Part shown: positions 17,970-26,688 of the stretch, piece by piece | How positions within the stretch are numbered: position 1 is the first letter of the stretch | Layout of the letters: every line of letters starts with the position of its first letter | Assembly (NCBI GenBank): GCA_913009335.1 | Contig: CAJVXN010000001.1 | Location: 2,844 to 66,843, forward strand | Reading direction: 5' to 3' | Length of the DNA: 64,000 nt | From: an uncultured bacterium | GTDB lineage: Bacteria > Omnitrophota > Gorgyraeia > Ghiorseimicrobiales > Ghiorseimicrobiaceae | The notes under the pieces: model-generated | What the model was told of the DNA's origin: nothing | The model's database searches: none | The model's input: only the letters and a program-made list of their open reading frames with translations | Made by a program: the position numbers and the translations under genes

Positions 17970-19244
17970 CTAAAACTTAAATATCAAATCTGTCTGTATT
18001 ATCTGATCGTCTGATTTATTTCCCGTAATAACTTCGGTATTGTAGTAATCAACGGAAAAAGTAAGATTATCAGCAAGACCGTAGTCAAAAATAAGTTCCC
18101 AACCCTTGGCATTGGTTTTGGCGTCGTTGAAATCGCCATCGGGAAAAACATCTACCATGGCATCAGCCGCCAAACGGGAATATTGGCCAAGCAGTCTCCA
18201 TTGGCCTTTCTTTTTGACTTTTGATTTACCAAGCCAAGCTCCAACTCTCCAGGCCTCATTGCTCCTGCTTACAGCAGTATTTTCAGCAAATTCTGCAAGC
18301 AGACCAGCGGGAATATCAATGATACCAAAGATGTTCGACGATGAAAATTTCAACGCAGGACTAATAATTCTATAATCGTATCGTAGATTTGTTCCTACGG
18401 TTGTATTTGTGCTGGGTAAAGTACTAAGAACAGTCCCCTCTACGGATTTAAAATTATAGAATGCCAGACCCGTTTTTAACTTAGCATCCCAATCTTTGAT
18501 TTTCGTCTCTGTCCCCGCCTGCGCGATAAAAAGATGGGGATCTCTTGCAGTAGAAGATAAGTTTTCCAGAGGAAAGTATCCTCCAGCAAGAAATACTTTA
18601 GTAGGATTGGCCTCAAATGAATTTAGCTTATGGGTTAATTTAACAACAGCTCCTTCAAACCTTATATCAGAATCCCAAAGCATATCGGTATGGAAAAACG
18701 GACTCTTGAATTTACCGCCGATAAGATATAGCCAATCCCTAGGTTCATATTTCACATATGCATAATCAAGATCGAAATTCTTAGTCGAGAATGAATCATC
18801 CAGCGTCTGGTTGGTAGATGTTATACTTGAACCTCCTGTAGCCAGGCCAAAACCCAACTTAACCTGATCATTGACTTTTGTCGTAGCGCCCACGCGAAAA
18901 CGTAGTCTCTGGCGGTTATTGTCCTTCCCCGGAGCATTAGATTCAGCCTCATTTCTTAATCTCAGGTCGCCTTTAAATTTAAAATCCTTAATCCAGCTCG
19001 GCACTTCTTTTTGCTTCTTCTCAAGATTTGTTACTCTTGCTTCTAAACCTTTTGGGGTAGGTTCTGCCTTTTTTTCAATCTCAGCCCTCAACCCATCTAC
19101 TTCTTTCTGGCTAATAAGTCCTTTTTTAATTAATAGTTTCAGCATAATTTCGCTTGTTTGATCAGCAGAGCAAACAGAAGCTAAGCTAAAAATAATCCCA
19201 AAAGATAACAATAATACCAAACATGCTTTTATTGTTTTCACCAA
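17970..19244 (-). CDS. Outer-membrane beta-barrel protein (putative porin) with an N-terminal coiled-coil
   Basis: Signal peptide ending ASVCSA. Alternating amphipathic beta-strands. C-terminal ...TDLIFKF (terminal Phe). Confidence 0.5.
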   Translation of the reverse strand: MVKTIKACLVLLLSFGIIFSLASVCSADQTSEIMLKLLIKKGLISQKEVDGLRAEIEKKAEPTPKGLEARVTNLEKKQKEVPSWIKDFKFKGDLRLRNEAESNAPGKDNNRQRLRFRVGATTKVNDQVKLGFGLATGGSSITSTNQTLDDSFSTKNFDLDYAYVKYEPRDWLYLIGGKFKSPFFHTDMLWDSDIRFEGAVVKLTHKLNSFEANPTKVFLAGGYFPLENLSSTARDPHLFIAQAGTETKIKDWDAKLKTGLAFYNFKSVEGTVLSTLPSTNTTVGTNLRYDYRIISPALKFSSSNIFGIIDIPAGLLAEFAENTAVSRSNEAWRVGAWLGKSKVKKKGQWRLLGQYSRLAADAMVDVFPDGDFNDAKTNAKGWELIFDYGLADNLTFSVDYYNTEVITGNKSDDQIIQTDLIFKF

Positions 19245-19289
19245 TCACCTCCCTTTTTTACGTTTCTAATTTTTCCGTTATGGATATAT

Positions 19290-19325
19290 AAAAAAAAGAC
19301 ACTTATGCATTGATAAGTGTCTTAA
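19290..19325 (-). terminator. Rho-independent terminator after the octaheme cytochrome gene
   Basis: An 11-bp perfect stem, aagacacttat/ataagtgtctt, with a 6-nt loop. On the minus strand it is followed by an 8-nt U-run. Confidence 0.7.
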
Positions 19326-19434
19326 TGCGCTTTATCCTAGAAAGATATTTTTCTGTCATATCAATTATTTGCTTCGTGAAAGATATCACTAAATTTCTAT
19401 GCGTTTATTTTACCACTCTACTCTATGCTGTCAA

Positions 19435-20853
19435 CTATTTTTTATCGTTTTCTGATTCCAATGCCTTTATTCTTCTGCGCATTTCTATATCATTTATCAT
19501 CGTACCGAGTTTATTCATGATTGCATCAACCGCGCCATTCCAATGTGTCCAATCCGGACCCATCATGCTTGCCCCCATCCGCCAACGCCTGCCATCGTGG
19601 TGCCAAACTAAATAATGCATTATCTCCGGAGTCTCATCAAGAGGATTACTCTTATCTATCAATCCCTCTTCGTATGCCTCAGCAAGCAAATTATCCGTAT
19701 ATTCCCAAACCATATTATAATCACTTACAACTTTATCAAATTCAATAAAATAGTTATCCGCCCATTGCCGAGAATGGCATTGATAACATATTTTTTTCAT
19801 TTGGGCCCTTCCCTTTTCTGCTTTCTTTCTATCCGGAATCCTTTCTGTTACAATATCAACCTCATCCGGCCCCTTCCATTGAGGCACTGATTTCTTAGGC
19901 TGAAGCTCCCAATATAATCTCTCGCTAACATTATGCGTTGAGGCAACTACCCCGCCGAATCCACTCATATGACAGACAGCACATGTGGGTGCCGCCGCAT
20001 CTTCAGGTCTCCATTCATCAACAGGAGCAGTCCAATTCCATTCCTCTCCAGATGCTGCGTAGATATTACCATGCTTAGATTCCTCATATATCTCATGCTG
20101 AGGGTGATCAGGTCCAAGATGACATTGTCCGCATACCTCAGGCTTGCGAGCCTCGGCAACACTAAATTTATGCCTGGGGTGACAAGCCGTGCACGAACCC
20201 ATGCTTCCATCGGGATTTATCCTGCCGACACCGGCATTAGGCCATCCCTTTAATTTACCGTCACCTTCCGCGACAATAAAACTCCCGTGGCATTGAATAC
20301 ATCCCAAATTTACATTGTTATGATGATACTGAGGATCATCCAAAAAACCGATTTTTTCCAGAATACCGCTATCCGGAAAAAGAGGCGATAGAGTAGTTTT
20401 AGCCATTCTTTCAGGATCTAATTTTTTCGCTGTTTCCTGCTTTAAAGGGTCAAGCTGCATTTCTTTTGCTTTTACATAATATGGTTTTAAAGGACCCATG
20501 AACGCAGCCCAGACATGTTTACTTTTGGCGTATTCCTCAACCTCCTTAGAATGACATTGCGCGCAAGTTAACGGAGAAGGCACAGCCGTTATCTTAAAAC
20601 CGTTATGCTCATACCCTGAAGGATCATTTTTTTTAGCCTCATGACAGGTAAAACATCCTACATCCATAGCGCTATGCTTACTCTCTTGCCATTGTTTGAT
20701 AATGCCGGGTGTAACATCAGCATGACACTTAACGCATGAATCTTTAACCTCCTCTGCAAAAACAATATTGAATGGTAAAAAGACAATAAACATAAATAAT
20801 AAACTAGAGATTTTTATTTTATAGACAAGCTCCAAAACCCCTCTCAATAACAT
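19435..20853 (-). CDS. Octaheme c-type cytochrome (HAO/OTR-like multiheme family)
   Basis: Eight CxxCH motifs (CVKCH, CFTCH, CAQCH, CIQCH, CTACH, CGQCH, CAVCH, CYQCH). N-terminal signal peptide. 472 aa. Confidence 0.7.
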   Translation of the reverse strand: MLLRGVLELVYKIKISSLLFMFIVFLPFNIVFAEEVKDSCVKCHADVTPGIIKQWQESKHSAMDVGCFTCHEAKKNDPSGYEHNGFKITAVPSPLTCAQCHSKEVEEYAKSKHVWAAFMGPLKPYYVKAKEMQLDPLKQETAKKLDPERMAKTTLSPLFPDSGILEKIGFLDDPQYHHNNVNLGCIQCHGSFIVAEGDGKLKGWPNAGVGRINPDGSMGSCTACHPRHKFSVAEARKPEVCGQCHLGPDHPQHEIYEESKHGNIYAASGEEWNWTAPVDEWRPEDAAAPTCAVCHMSGFGGVVASTHNVSERLYWELQPKKSVPQWKGPDEVDIVTERIPDRKKAEKGRAQMKKICYQCHSRQWADNYFIEFDKVVSDYNMVWEYTDNLLAEAYEEGLIDKSNPLDETPEIMHYLVWHHDGRRWRMGASMMGPDWTHWNGAVDAIMNKLGTMINDIEMRRRIKALESENDKK

Positions 20854-21835
20854 AATCGGCTAAATCGCCTAACGCATCACGATAACTGGAGCGAGAAAGC
20901 TTACCTAAGCTGTGTTTTGATTTATTAATAGAGGACAAGGCTTCTTCTTTTGTTTTTATAAATATTGCACTATCCTTTATCTTGTCTTTTATCTTATCCA
21001 TTATTTCTTTACTAATATTACGTTTGGCTAAATGCTCTTTAAGTTCTTTCCTGTCTTTAGCAGCCAGCGAATTAAATAAATCATAAAGCGGAAGAGTTAT
21101 TTCTCCTTGCGCGATATCCTGCCCTCCAGACTTACCTAATATAGACTTAGCAGCTATAATATCTAAATAGTCATCGACAACCTGAAAAGCAATACCAAAA
21201 TTTACTCCGTAATTATTTAAGGCAGTGTATTTCTCCTTATCGTGATTACCAGCAATAAGCGCGGCACCTTTACAACAGGCCGATATCAATGCTGCTGTTT
21301 TTTTATTAACTATTACCATATACTCTTTTTGCGGAAGGTCAAAATTATCTCGTTCGAAAATCTGAAAAAGCTGGCCCTCGCACATTGCCCTCGCGGCCAC
21401 TGCGACACAGCCTAAGACATCCGGATGCCCGCATTTCGCGACCAGTTCAAACGCCTTTGTGTAGATATAATCCCCAAATGCGATAGAGACATCTTCGCCC
21501 CACTTTGCGTGTATTGTTTGTTTATTGCGGCGCGTTAAAGAGTTATCAATAATATCATCATGTATAAGGCTCGCGGTATGTATAAGTTCGATTGCCGCTG
21601 CCATGCGAATCAATAAACTTAAATCTTTTGATTTTAATTTTCCGTTTGCTGCTGCGTGCGCTGAAAGCATTACCAGAGCCGGCCTAAGACGCTTGCCTCC
21701 CCAGCCCAATAAATAATCATTAATCCGGCATAATGAATTATATTTTGTGTTAAGATGACTCCTTAAGAGATCTTCTACTCTACAAAGATCTTCTGTAATC
21801 GGCTGGTAGATATTTTTCAGCTTTTTCATCTTCAT
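20819..21835 (-). CDS. Long-chain polyprenyl diphosphate synthase (IspB-like)
   Basis: LIHDDIIDNS (first DDxxD) and DDYLD (second) motifs. 338 aa. Confidence 0.75.
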   Translation of the reverse strand: MKMKKLKNIYQPITEDLCRVEDLLRSHLNTKYNSLCRINDYLLGWGGKRLRPALVMLSAHAAANGKLKSKDLSLLIRMAAAIELIHTASLIHDDIIDNSLTRRNKQTIHAKWGEDVSIAFGDYIYTKAFELVAKCGHPDVLGCVAVAARAMCEGQLFQIFERDNFDLPQKEYMVIVNKKTAALISACCKGAALIAGNHDKEKYTALNNYGVNFGIAFQVVDDYLDIIAAKSILGKSGGQDIAQGEITLPLYDLFNSLAAKDRKELKEHLAKRNISKEIMDKIKDKIKDSAIFIKTKEEALSSINKSKHSLGKLSRSSYRDALGDLADYVIERGFGACL

Positions 21836-21921
21836 GCTATTCAGAGGAATGTACCTTCCTTTCCCTTGAAGGAAGGGTGCTATTCAGAGGAATGTACCTT
21901 CCTCTCCATTAAAGGAAGGGT
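21836..21921. repeat. Two tandem 43-bp direct repeats, each forming a hairpin, filling the MenA-IspB intergenic gap
   Basis: gctattcagaggaatgtaccttcctttcccttgaaggaagggt and gctattcagaggaatgtaccttcctctccattaaaggaagggt. Each has an accttcc/ggaaggt stem. Confidence 0.8.
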
Positions 21922-22847
21922 GCTATCCGATCCAGAATAAAACCAAGGCTTAAAACAATACCTATAATAAGATGTAATTTTATTGTTGCGGCGTTTGAAA
22001 AGAGTAATCGTTGAGTATTATTAAAATTTTTTGATACATTTTTTGCAGCTTTATAGGCTAAAGGAATAGTAAAAAGTGAAAACAGGCAATATGCGGGAAT
22101 AATTTTATAAATTACAGTGAGAAGAATAAAGGAATAAGTTAAAATCAATAAAATTTGATACAGATAAACTGCTCTTGCCTTTCCCAGTAAAACAACTACA
22201 GTATTCTTGCCTACCGCCTTATCTGCCTGATAATCCGGAAACTCATTAATATAAAGGATTAGGAGCACTAGAATACCGATAGGGACCGCGCTTACAACCG
22301 GCACCATACCTAATGTTTTTGCCTGGACATAATAACTACCCAAAACAACAAGCGGGCCAAAACATAAACCCACAACTATCTCTCCCATTCCACGATAGCC
22401 TATCTTCAAAGGAGTCGCAGTATAGAAAATTGCCATGGCGACACCGGCTAAACCCAAGAATAGAACCACATTGGTTTTAAGCTGAAAATTAAGATACAAT
22501 CCAATAATACTTCCGAGGAAAAAAGATAAAAACGCAAACAAAGAAACATTACGGGGAGACATTTGGCCGTCCTGGATAACACGGCTTCCTCCGCTAAAAG
22601 GAGTAAAATTCAAATTCGCTTCATCATTGCCGCTTTTATGATCAAAATAGTCATTAATAAGATTTGTACCTATATTAATAGCAGCAATACCTAAAAGAAC
22701 AAGGCAGAAAAAATACCAGTTAAATAATCCGGTTTTATACCAGGCAATAACCGAACCAAGTAAAACTGGCACAAGCGTCGCAGTTAAAAAAGGAACCCTT
22801 GCTGCTTTTAGATAAATTGATATCCGACTAAAATTAAGCTTGCTCAA
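21909..22847 (-). CDS. UbiA-family prenyltransferase, MenA-like (1,4-dihydroxy-2-naphthoate polyprenyltransferase)
   Basis: NDYFDHKSGNDEA Asp-rich motif. About 9 TM helices. Adjacent to the polyprenyl synthase. Confidence 0.65.
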   Translation of the reverse strand: MSKLNFSRISIYLKAARVPFLTATLVPVLLGSVIAWYKTGLFNWYFFCLVLLGIAAINIGTNLINDYFDHKSGNDEANLNFTPFSGGSRVIQDGQMSPRNVSLFAFLSFFLGSIIGLYLNFQLKTNVVLFLGLAGVAMAIFYTATPLKIGYRGMGEIVVGLCFGPLVVLGSYYVQAKTLGMVPVVSAVPIGILVLLILYINEFPDYQADKAVGKNTVVVLLGKARAVYLYQILLILTYSFILLTVIYKIIPAYCLFSLFTIPLAYKAAKNVSKNFNNTQRLLFSNAATIKLHLIIGIVLSLGFILDRIAPFL

Positions 22848-23391
22848 TTTTTATTGTACCCGTTGGGCAAATATAAGCACAGGCGCCGCAGCCAATGCAA
22901 ACATCGTTAATCTTATCAAAAGGTGTGCCTACTTTTCTATGCAATCCACGCTGTTTAAAGCTTATAGCGCTGACCCCTACAATTTCACGGCAGGCACGAA
23001 CACATAAACCGCAAAGGATACAATTACCTTTATCTTTCGGTTTAATGCGTAACCTGGGTAATCCATATTCTTTAGCAAGCTCCTGAAGCCTTTCTGTCTC
23101 AGGGCTCATGGCTAATAAAAGCTCCATAACGATTTTTCGCGTACGCCTCACCCTCTCGCTATCAGTCTTAATAATCAATCCCTCTGTAACCTTGTATAAA
23201 CAAGAGGCCTGAAGACTAGGCCTTGCCCCTCCTACAATCTCAACAACGCAAAGACGACACGCGCCATAAGGAGATAATTCTTTATGATAACATAAAGTAG
23301 GAATCTTTATACCTGCCTCAAGTGCTGCCTCTAATATACTCTTTCCATCATCTACTTCTAAATTCTTATCATTAATTATAATGTTAACCAT
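22834..23391 (-). CDS. Ferredoxin with an N-terminal 2Fe-2S and two 4Fe-4S clusters, resembling the N-terminal domain of HydA/NuoG/HndD with no catalytic domain
   Basis: CYHKELSPYGACRLC...C (2Fe-2S), CILCGLCVRAC and CIGCGACAYICP. 185 aa. Confidence 0.65.
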   Translation of the reverse strand: MVNIIINDKNLEVDDGKSILEAALEAGIKIPTLCYHKELSPYGACRLCVVEIVGGARPSLQASCLYKVTEGLIIKTDSERVRRTRKIVMELLLAMSPETERLQELAKEYGLPRLRIKPKDKGNCILCGLCVRACREIVGVSAISFKQRGLHRKVGTPFDKINDVCIGCGACAYICPTGTIKIEQA

Positions 23392-23409
23392 GAATACACC
23401 TTTTAGTTT

Positions 23410-23868
23410 TTATTTCTTACAATCTACGCAAGAATCGAAATGATATTTATCATCCCCTTTTTTATAATCATAAACAAACCGTATTGCTGGATAAGCCGTA
23501 ATTAAACTAGCCAGAGTTTCTAAAATATCACCTACGGGCTTAAGATCCGGAGAATTAAGTTTAAAAATTGCTCTTATTATAGTACCCTGTCCCAGTTCTG
23601 AATTTATTTTTAAAGTACCCCCTGTATCCTGGGCTGCTTGAGCAAATAACGAAAGACCTAGTCCAATTCTTTTGCCGTCTTTCGTGGTGAAAAAAGGATC
23701 GAGGGCTTTTTTACGCATATCTTCATTCATCCCCCTCCCATCATCCTTAATAGAGATAATTAGCTCTTCCCTCAACGTATCTTCAAAAACCTCTATACTT
23801 ATATTCTTTGCATCTGCCCGAACCGCGTTTTCTGTTATATCAAGTATATGTAGAGATAAATCCTGCAT
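23410..23868 (-). CDS. Histidine-kinase-like ATPase domain protein (anti-sigma-factor/Ser-protein-kinase type), hydrogenase-cluster-associated family
   Basis: HATPase_c features: DDGRGM, GLGLSL, GTIIRAIF. 152 aa. Confidence 0.6.
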   Translation of the reverse strand: MQDLSLHILDITENAVRADAKNISIEVFEDTLREELIISIKDDGRGMNEDMRKKALDPFFTTKDGKRIGLGLSLFAQAAQDTGGTLKINSELGQGTIIRAIFKLNSPDLKPVGDILETLASLITAYPAIRFVYDYKKGDDKYHFDSCVDCKK

Positions 23869-23874
23869 AAGAGG

Positions 23875-24603
23875 CTAAAAAATAACTTTTCTTCCTTCTG
23901 TGACACTAAGCGCCATTTTAAATTCTGAAAAGCTTAAATCTTCCAATAAAAACTTCGTATGTGCCCTTCCAACATCAGCCAAGAAATGAGCATCCGAAGA
24001 TTTGATAAGCGGCAGATCGTAATTTTTATAATCCGCGACTTTTTCTGAGTTATAATTTACAGATAGCTCCAAAGCATCTAGCTGTAAGCCTTCAGGGATA
24101 AAACCTAATTGACTAATAACGCTGAATGTTTGTTTATCAATATGCGAAGCAATGGCTATACCGCCGAAATCATGAACCAGCTTAACTATCCTTCTTAATG
24201 TTAAATCGGTTGAACCAATCAACAACTTATTATTACTGCCGCCTGATTTATCGTACTCATCCACAATCAATTGTTTCCCGAAGAACTCTTCATTGTTTTC
24301 TCCGGATAAATTTTTATAAACAATATCCTGTATTTGCATTAAGGTTTTGTTCTTATCAAAAAAAGCTAAGATATGTACTTCTTCGGATGAGGTTATCTCT
24401 ATACCCACAAAGACTTTTAGCCCCTCTCTTTCGCCTGCCTTCCTTACAGCAGCTGCGTTCTCTGCTGAGTTATGATCGCAGATTCCAATTACATCCAGAC
24501 CGCGTTCTTTCGCCTGCTTAACAATTGACCTCGGCAACATTTCTAAATCACCACACGGAGACAAACAAGTATGGATATGCAAATCCATCTTAAACTCCTT
24601 CAT
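23875..24603 (-). CDS. PHP-domain metal-dependent phosphoesterase
   Basis: MDLHIHTCLSPCGD N-terminus (the HxH motif of the PHP family). 242 aa. Confidence 0.65.
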   Translation of the reverse strand: MKEFKMDLHIHTCLSPCGDLEMLPRSIVKQAKERGLDVIGICDHNSAENAAAVRKAGEREGLKVFVGIEITSSEEVHILAFFDKNKTLMQIQDIVYKNLSGENNEEFFGKQLIVDEYDKSGGSNNKLLIGSTDLTLRRIVKLVHDFGGIAIASHIDKQTFSVISQLGFIPEGLQLDALELSVNYNSEKVADYKNYDLPLIKSSDAHFLADVGRAHTKFLLEDLSFSEFKMALSVTEGRKVIF

Positions 24604-24650
24604 CCCGTCCGTCCTTCCTAAGCTTATTCCCTCCTTTGGGAAAGGCGGGG

Positions 24651-25004
24651 CTAAGCATTATCTTGGGACCCCTTAATACCCAGAGCATACAACTTACCGA
24701 CTAGTTCAAATGCCGGCATCTTACTTACTAGAATCGGCACATTCTCACTCTCTGCTTTTTTAACAGTATCTTCTTCAGGCTCTCTATTGTTTATCAATAC
24801 AATGCCGGATAGCCCTTTCATGCTAGCCACTGCCACAACATTACTATGAATCTGTAAGGTAATCCATAAATCACCTTCTCGCGCATTAGCTAGCACATCA
24901 CTTAAAAGATCGCTTGCATACCCCCCTGTTACTTCCCTATCTAAATCCGTAGCCGTACCTATTACCTCTAAGCTCATTTTTTCTACTATTTCTTTTAATT
25001 TCAT
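24651..25004 (-). CDS. DRTGG-domain protein
   Basis: 117 aa. DREVTGGYASDLLSDVL matches the DRTGG family. A paralog is at 26190-26543. Confidence 0.6.
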   Translation of the reverse strand: MKLKEIVEKMSLEVIGTATDLDREVTGGYASDLLSDVLANAREGDLWITLQIHSNVVAVASMKGLSGIVLINNREPEEDTVKKAESENVPILVSKMPAFELVGKLYALGIKGSQDNA

Positions 25005-25272
25005 TTTTCACCTCAATGAGTCCGCCATTGAATCAGTGGCGGGCGAATTGATCCCGCCTGTCCCGCGTTTTTTGGCGGGGTTGAGTGTATCAAAATTATC
25101 GCACCCTCTGGAATTTCACTCCGTGAAATTCCGAGGACTTTAGTCCCGGGAATTCTTCTAATTCCACGGGGAGAAAATTTTGATACTTCTTATCCTCTGC
25201 AATTCAGAGAATTGCGAGGACTTAATCCCTGAAATTTCTCCGAAATTTCTAGGGGCGAAACGGGATTTCATT
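25005..25272. repeat. Intergenic structured repeat element rich in GAATT-core hairpins. A related copy in opposite orientation is at 55335-55513.
   Basis: It shares the 22-nt string tccgccattgaatcagtggcgg (as its reverse complement) and a ccgagga(c)tt(t)agtcccgggaatt segment with 55335-55513. It contains gaatttcac-tcc-gtgaaattc (9-bp stem) and gcaattc-aga-gaattgc hairpins. Confidence 0.7.
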
Positions 25273-26193
25273 TTATCCGGCTTTCATATTAATACATATC
25301 TTAAGACGTGTACCTTTACCAACGGTCGACTCTATATCTAATTTATCAGCACATTTTTTAATATTACATAGGCCCATGCCAGCGCCAAAACCAAGATTCC
25401 TGATCCATTCAGGCGCGGTAGAATAACCCGGTTTTAATGCTTGGGCAACATCGGGGATACCCGGACCGGAATCCGTAACATGAATTTGTATCTTATCTGA
25501 CTGCACTCGAACAGATATCTCTCCGCCACTGGTATAAGAAACAACATTTATCTCCGCCTCATATGAAGCAATGGCTGCCCGACGGACAATCTGAGGGTGA
25601 ATACCTAGACGCGTCAACGTTTTTCTTATTCCGCTGGATACCTCACCTGCCCGATTAAAATCTTTACCTTTGACAAAATACTCAAACCTCAAAATGGTTT
25701 TATCAGCTATAATATCTTCAAATATATGACTCGCGCGATAACGATGAATTTCTTCTTCATGATAATCAATCTCTAGCTCACGAAGCAAACTTTCAATAAT
25801 ATCACCTTTAGTAATTACCCCCAGCAATTTACCGGTTGCCCGATCAATCACAGGAAAACGCCCAAACCCTAACTTGTCAAGCTTACCAATCGCATGAACC
25901 AGCGGCTCATCATCATACAGGGTTTTAATCGATCTGGTCATCCTGCTTTCTATGGGGCAATCTTTTCCTCCTTCCGCGAGCCACTTAATAAAATCTTCAA
26001 TACTTATTATTCCTACTAATTTATCATGCTCAACTATGGGTGTACCGGAGATACGATTAGACCTTAGTGTCTCTCCTAATTCGCTCATTAAGATATCCGG
26101 ACTAGAGCGAATTATATCCTTTCTCATAGCATCACGTACCTTTAACTCGTAAACTAATTCCTGAACTTTGGTAATCTTTTTTTCATTATTCAT
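25273..26193 (-). CDS. CBS-pair plus histidine-kinase-like ATPase domain protein
   Basis: Two CBS motifs (GTPIVEHDKLVGIIS, RFPVIDRATGKLLGVIT). C-terminal HATPase (GLCNIKKCADKLDIES). Confidence 0.6.
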   Translation of the reverse strand: MNNEKKITKVQELVYELKVRDAMRKDIIRSSPDILMSELGETLRSNRISGTPIVEHDKLVGIISIEDFIKWLAEGGKDCPIESRMTRSIKTLYDDEPLVHAIGKLDKLGFGRFPVIDRATGKLLGVITKGDIIESLLRELEIDYHEEEIHRYRASHIFEDIIADKTILRFEYFVKGKDFNRAGEVSSGIRKTLTRLGIHPQIVRRAAIASYEAEINVVSYTSGGEISVRVQSDKIQIHVTDSGPGIPDVAQALKPGYSTAPEWIRNLGFGAGMGLCNIKKCADKLDIESTVGKGTRLKICINMKAG

Positions 26194-26543
26194 TTTAACC
26201 CATCACAACTAAGCAAACCTTCTTTATATAACCTGCCGCAACAGGCATACATGGAAAACTCGCTCACTAAAACCGGGATCTCTTTCTCTTGAGCTAATTT
26301 CAAGGTTTTTTCTTGCGGCTTTTTGCCACGCACAAAACAAATCGCAATTACTTCCGCCATCTCCGCGGTACGCACAACCTGAGGATTAGTAAGGCCGGTC
26401 AAAAGTACGGCATCTGCCTTAATAAATGCCAACACATCGCTCATTAAATCAGACCCACAGGCCATTTTTACATCTTTGTCTAAAAATTTGTCTCCGTACA
26501 ATACTTTTGCGTTTAATACCTCTTTTAACTGTTTTAATTTCAC
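26190..26543 (-). CDS. DRTGG-domain protein (paralog)
   Basis: 117 aa, collinear with 24651-25004. Confidence 0.55.
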   Translation of the reverse strand: MKLKQLKEVLNAKVLYGDKFLDKDVKMACGSDLMSDVLAFIKADAVLLTGLTNPQVVRTAEMAEVIAICFVRGKKPQEKTLKLAQEKEIPVLVSEFSMYACCGRLYKEGLLSCDGLK

Positions 26544-26688
26544 CCCGTCCTTCCTTTCTAAATTTTATACTTCACTTAAAATTATATTTATACCCGCTCT
26601 ACCTTATTTATCGCTCTACTTTAAGAAGGGCGGAATGAACCCAGTCCTTCCTTCTCAAGCTTATCCCATCCTTTAGGAAGGGCTGGGT

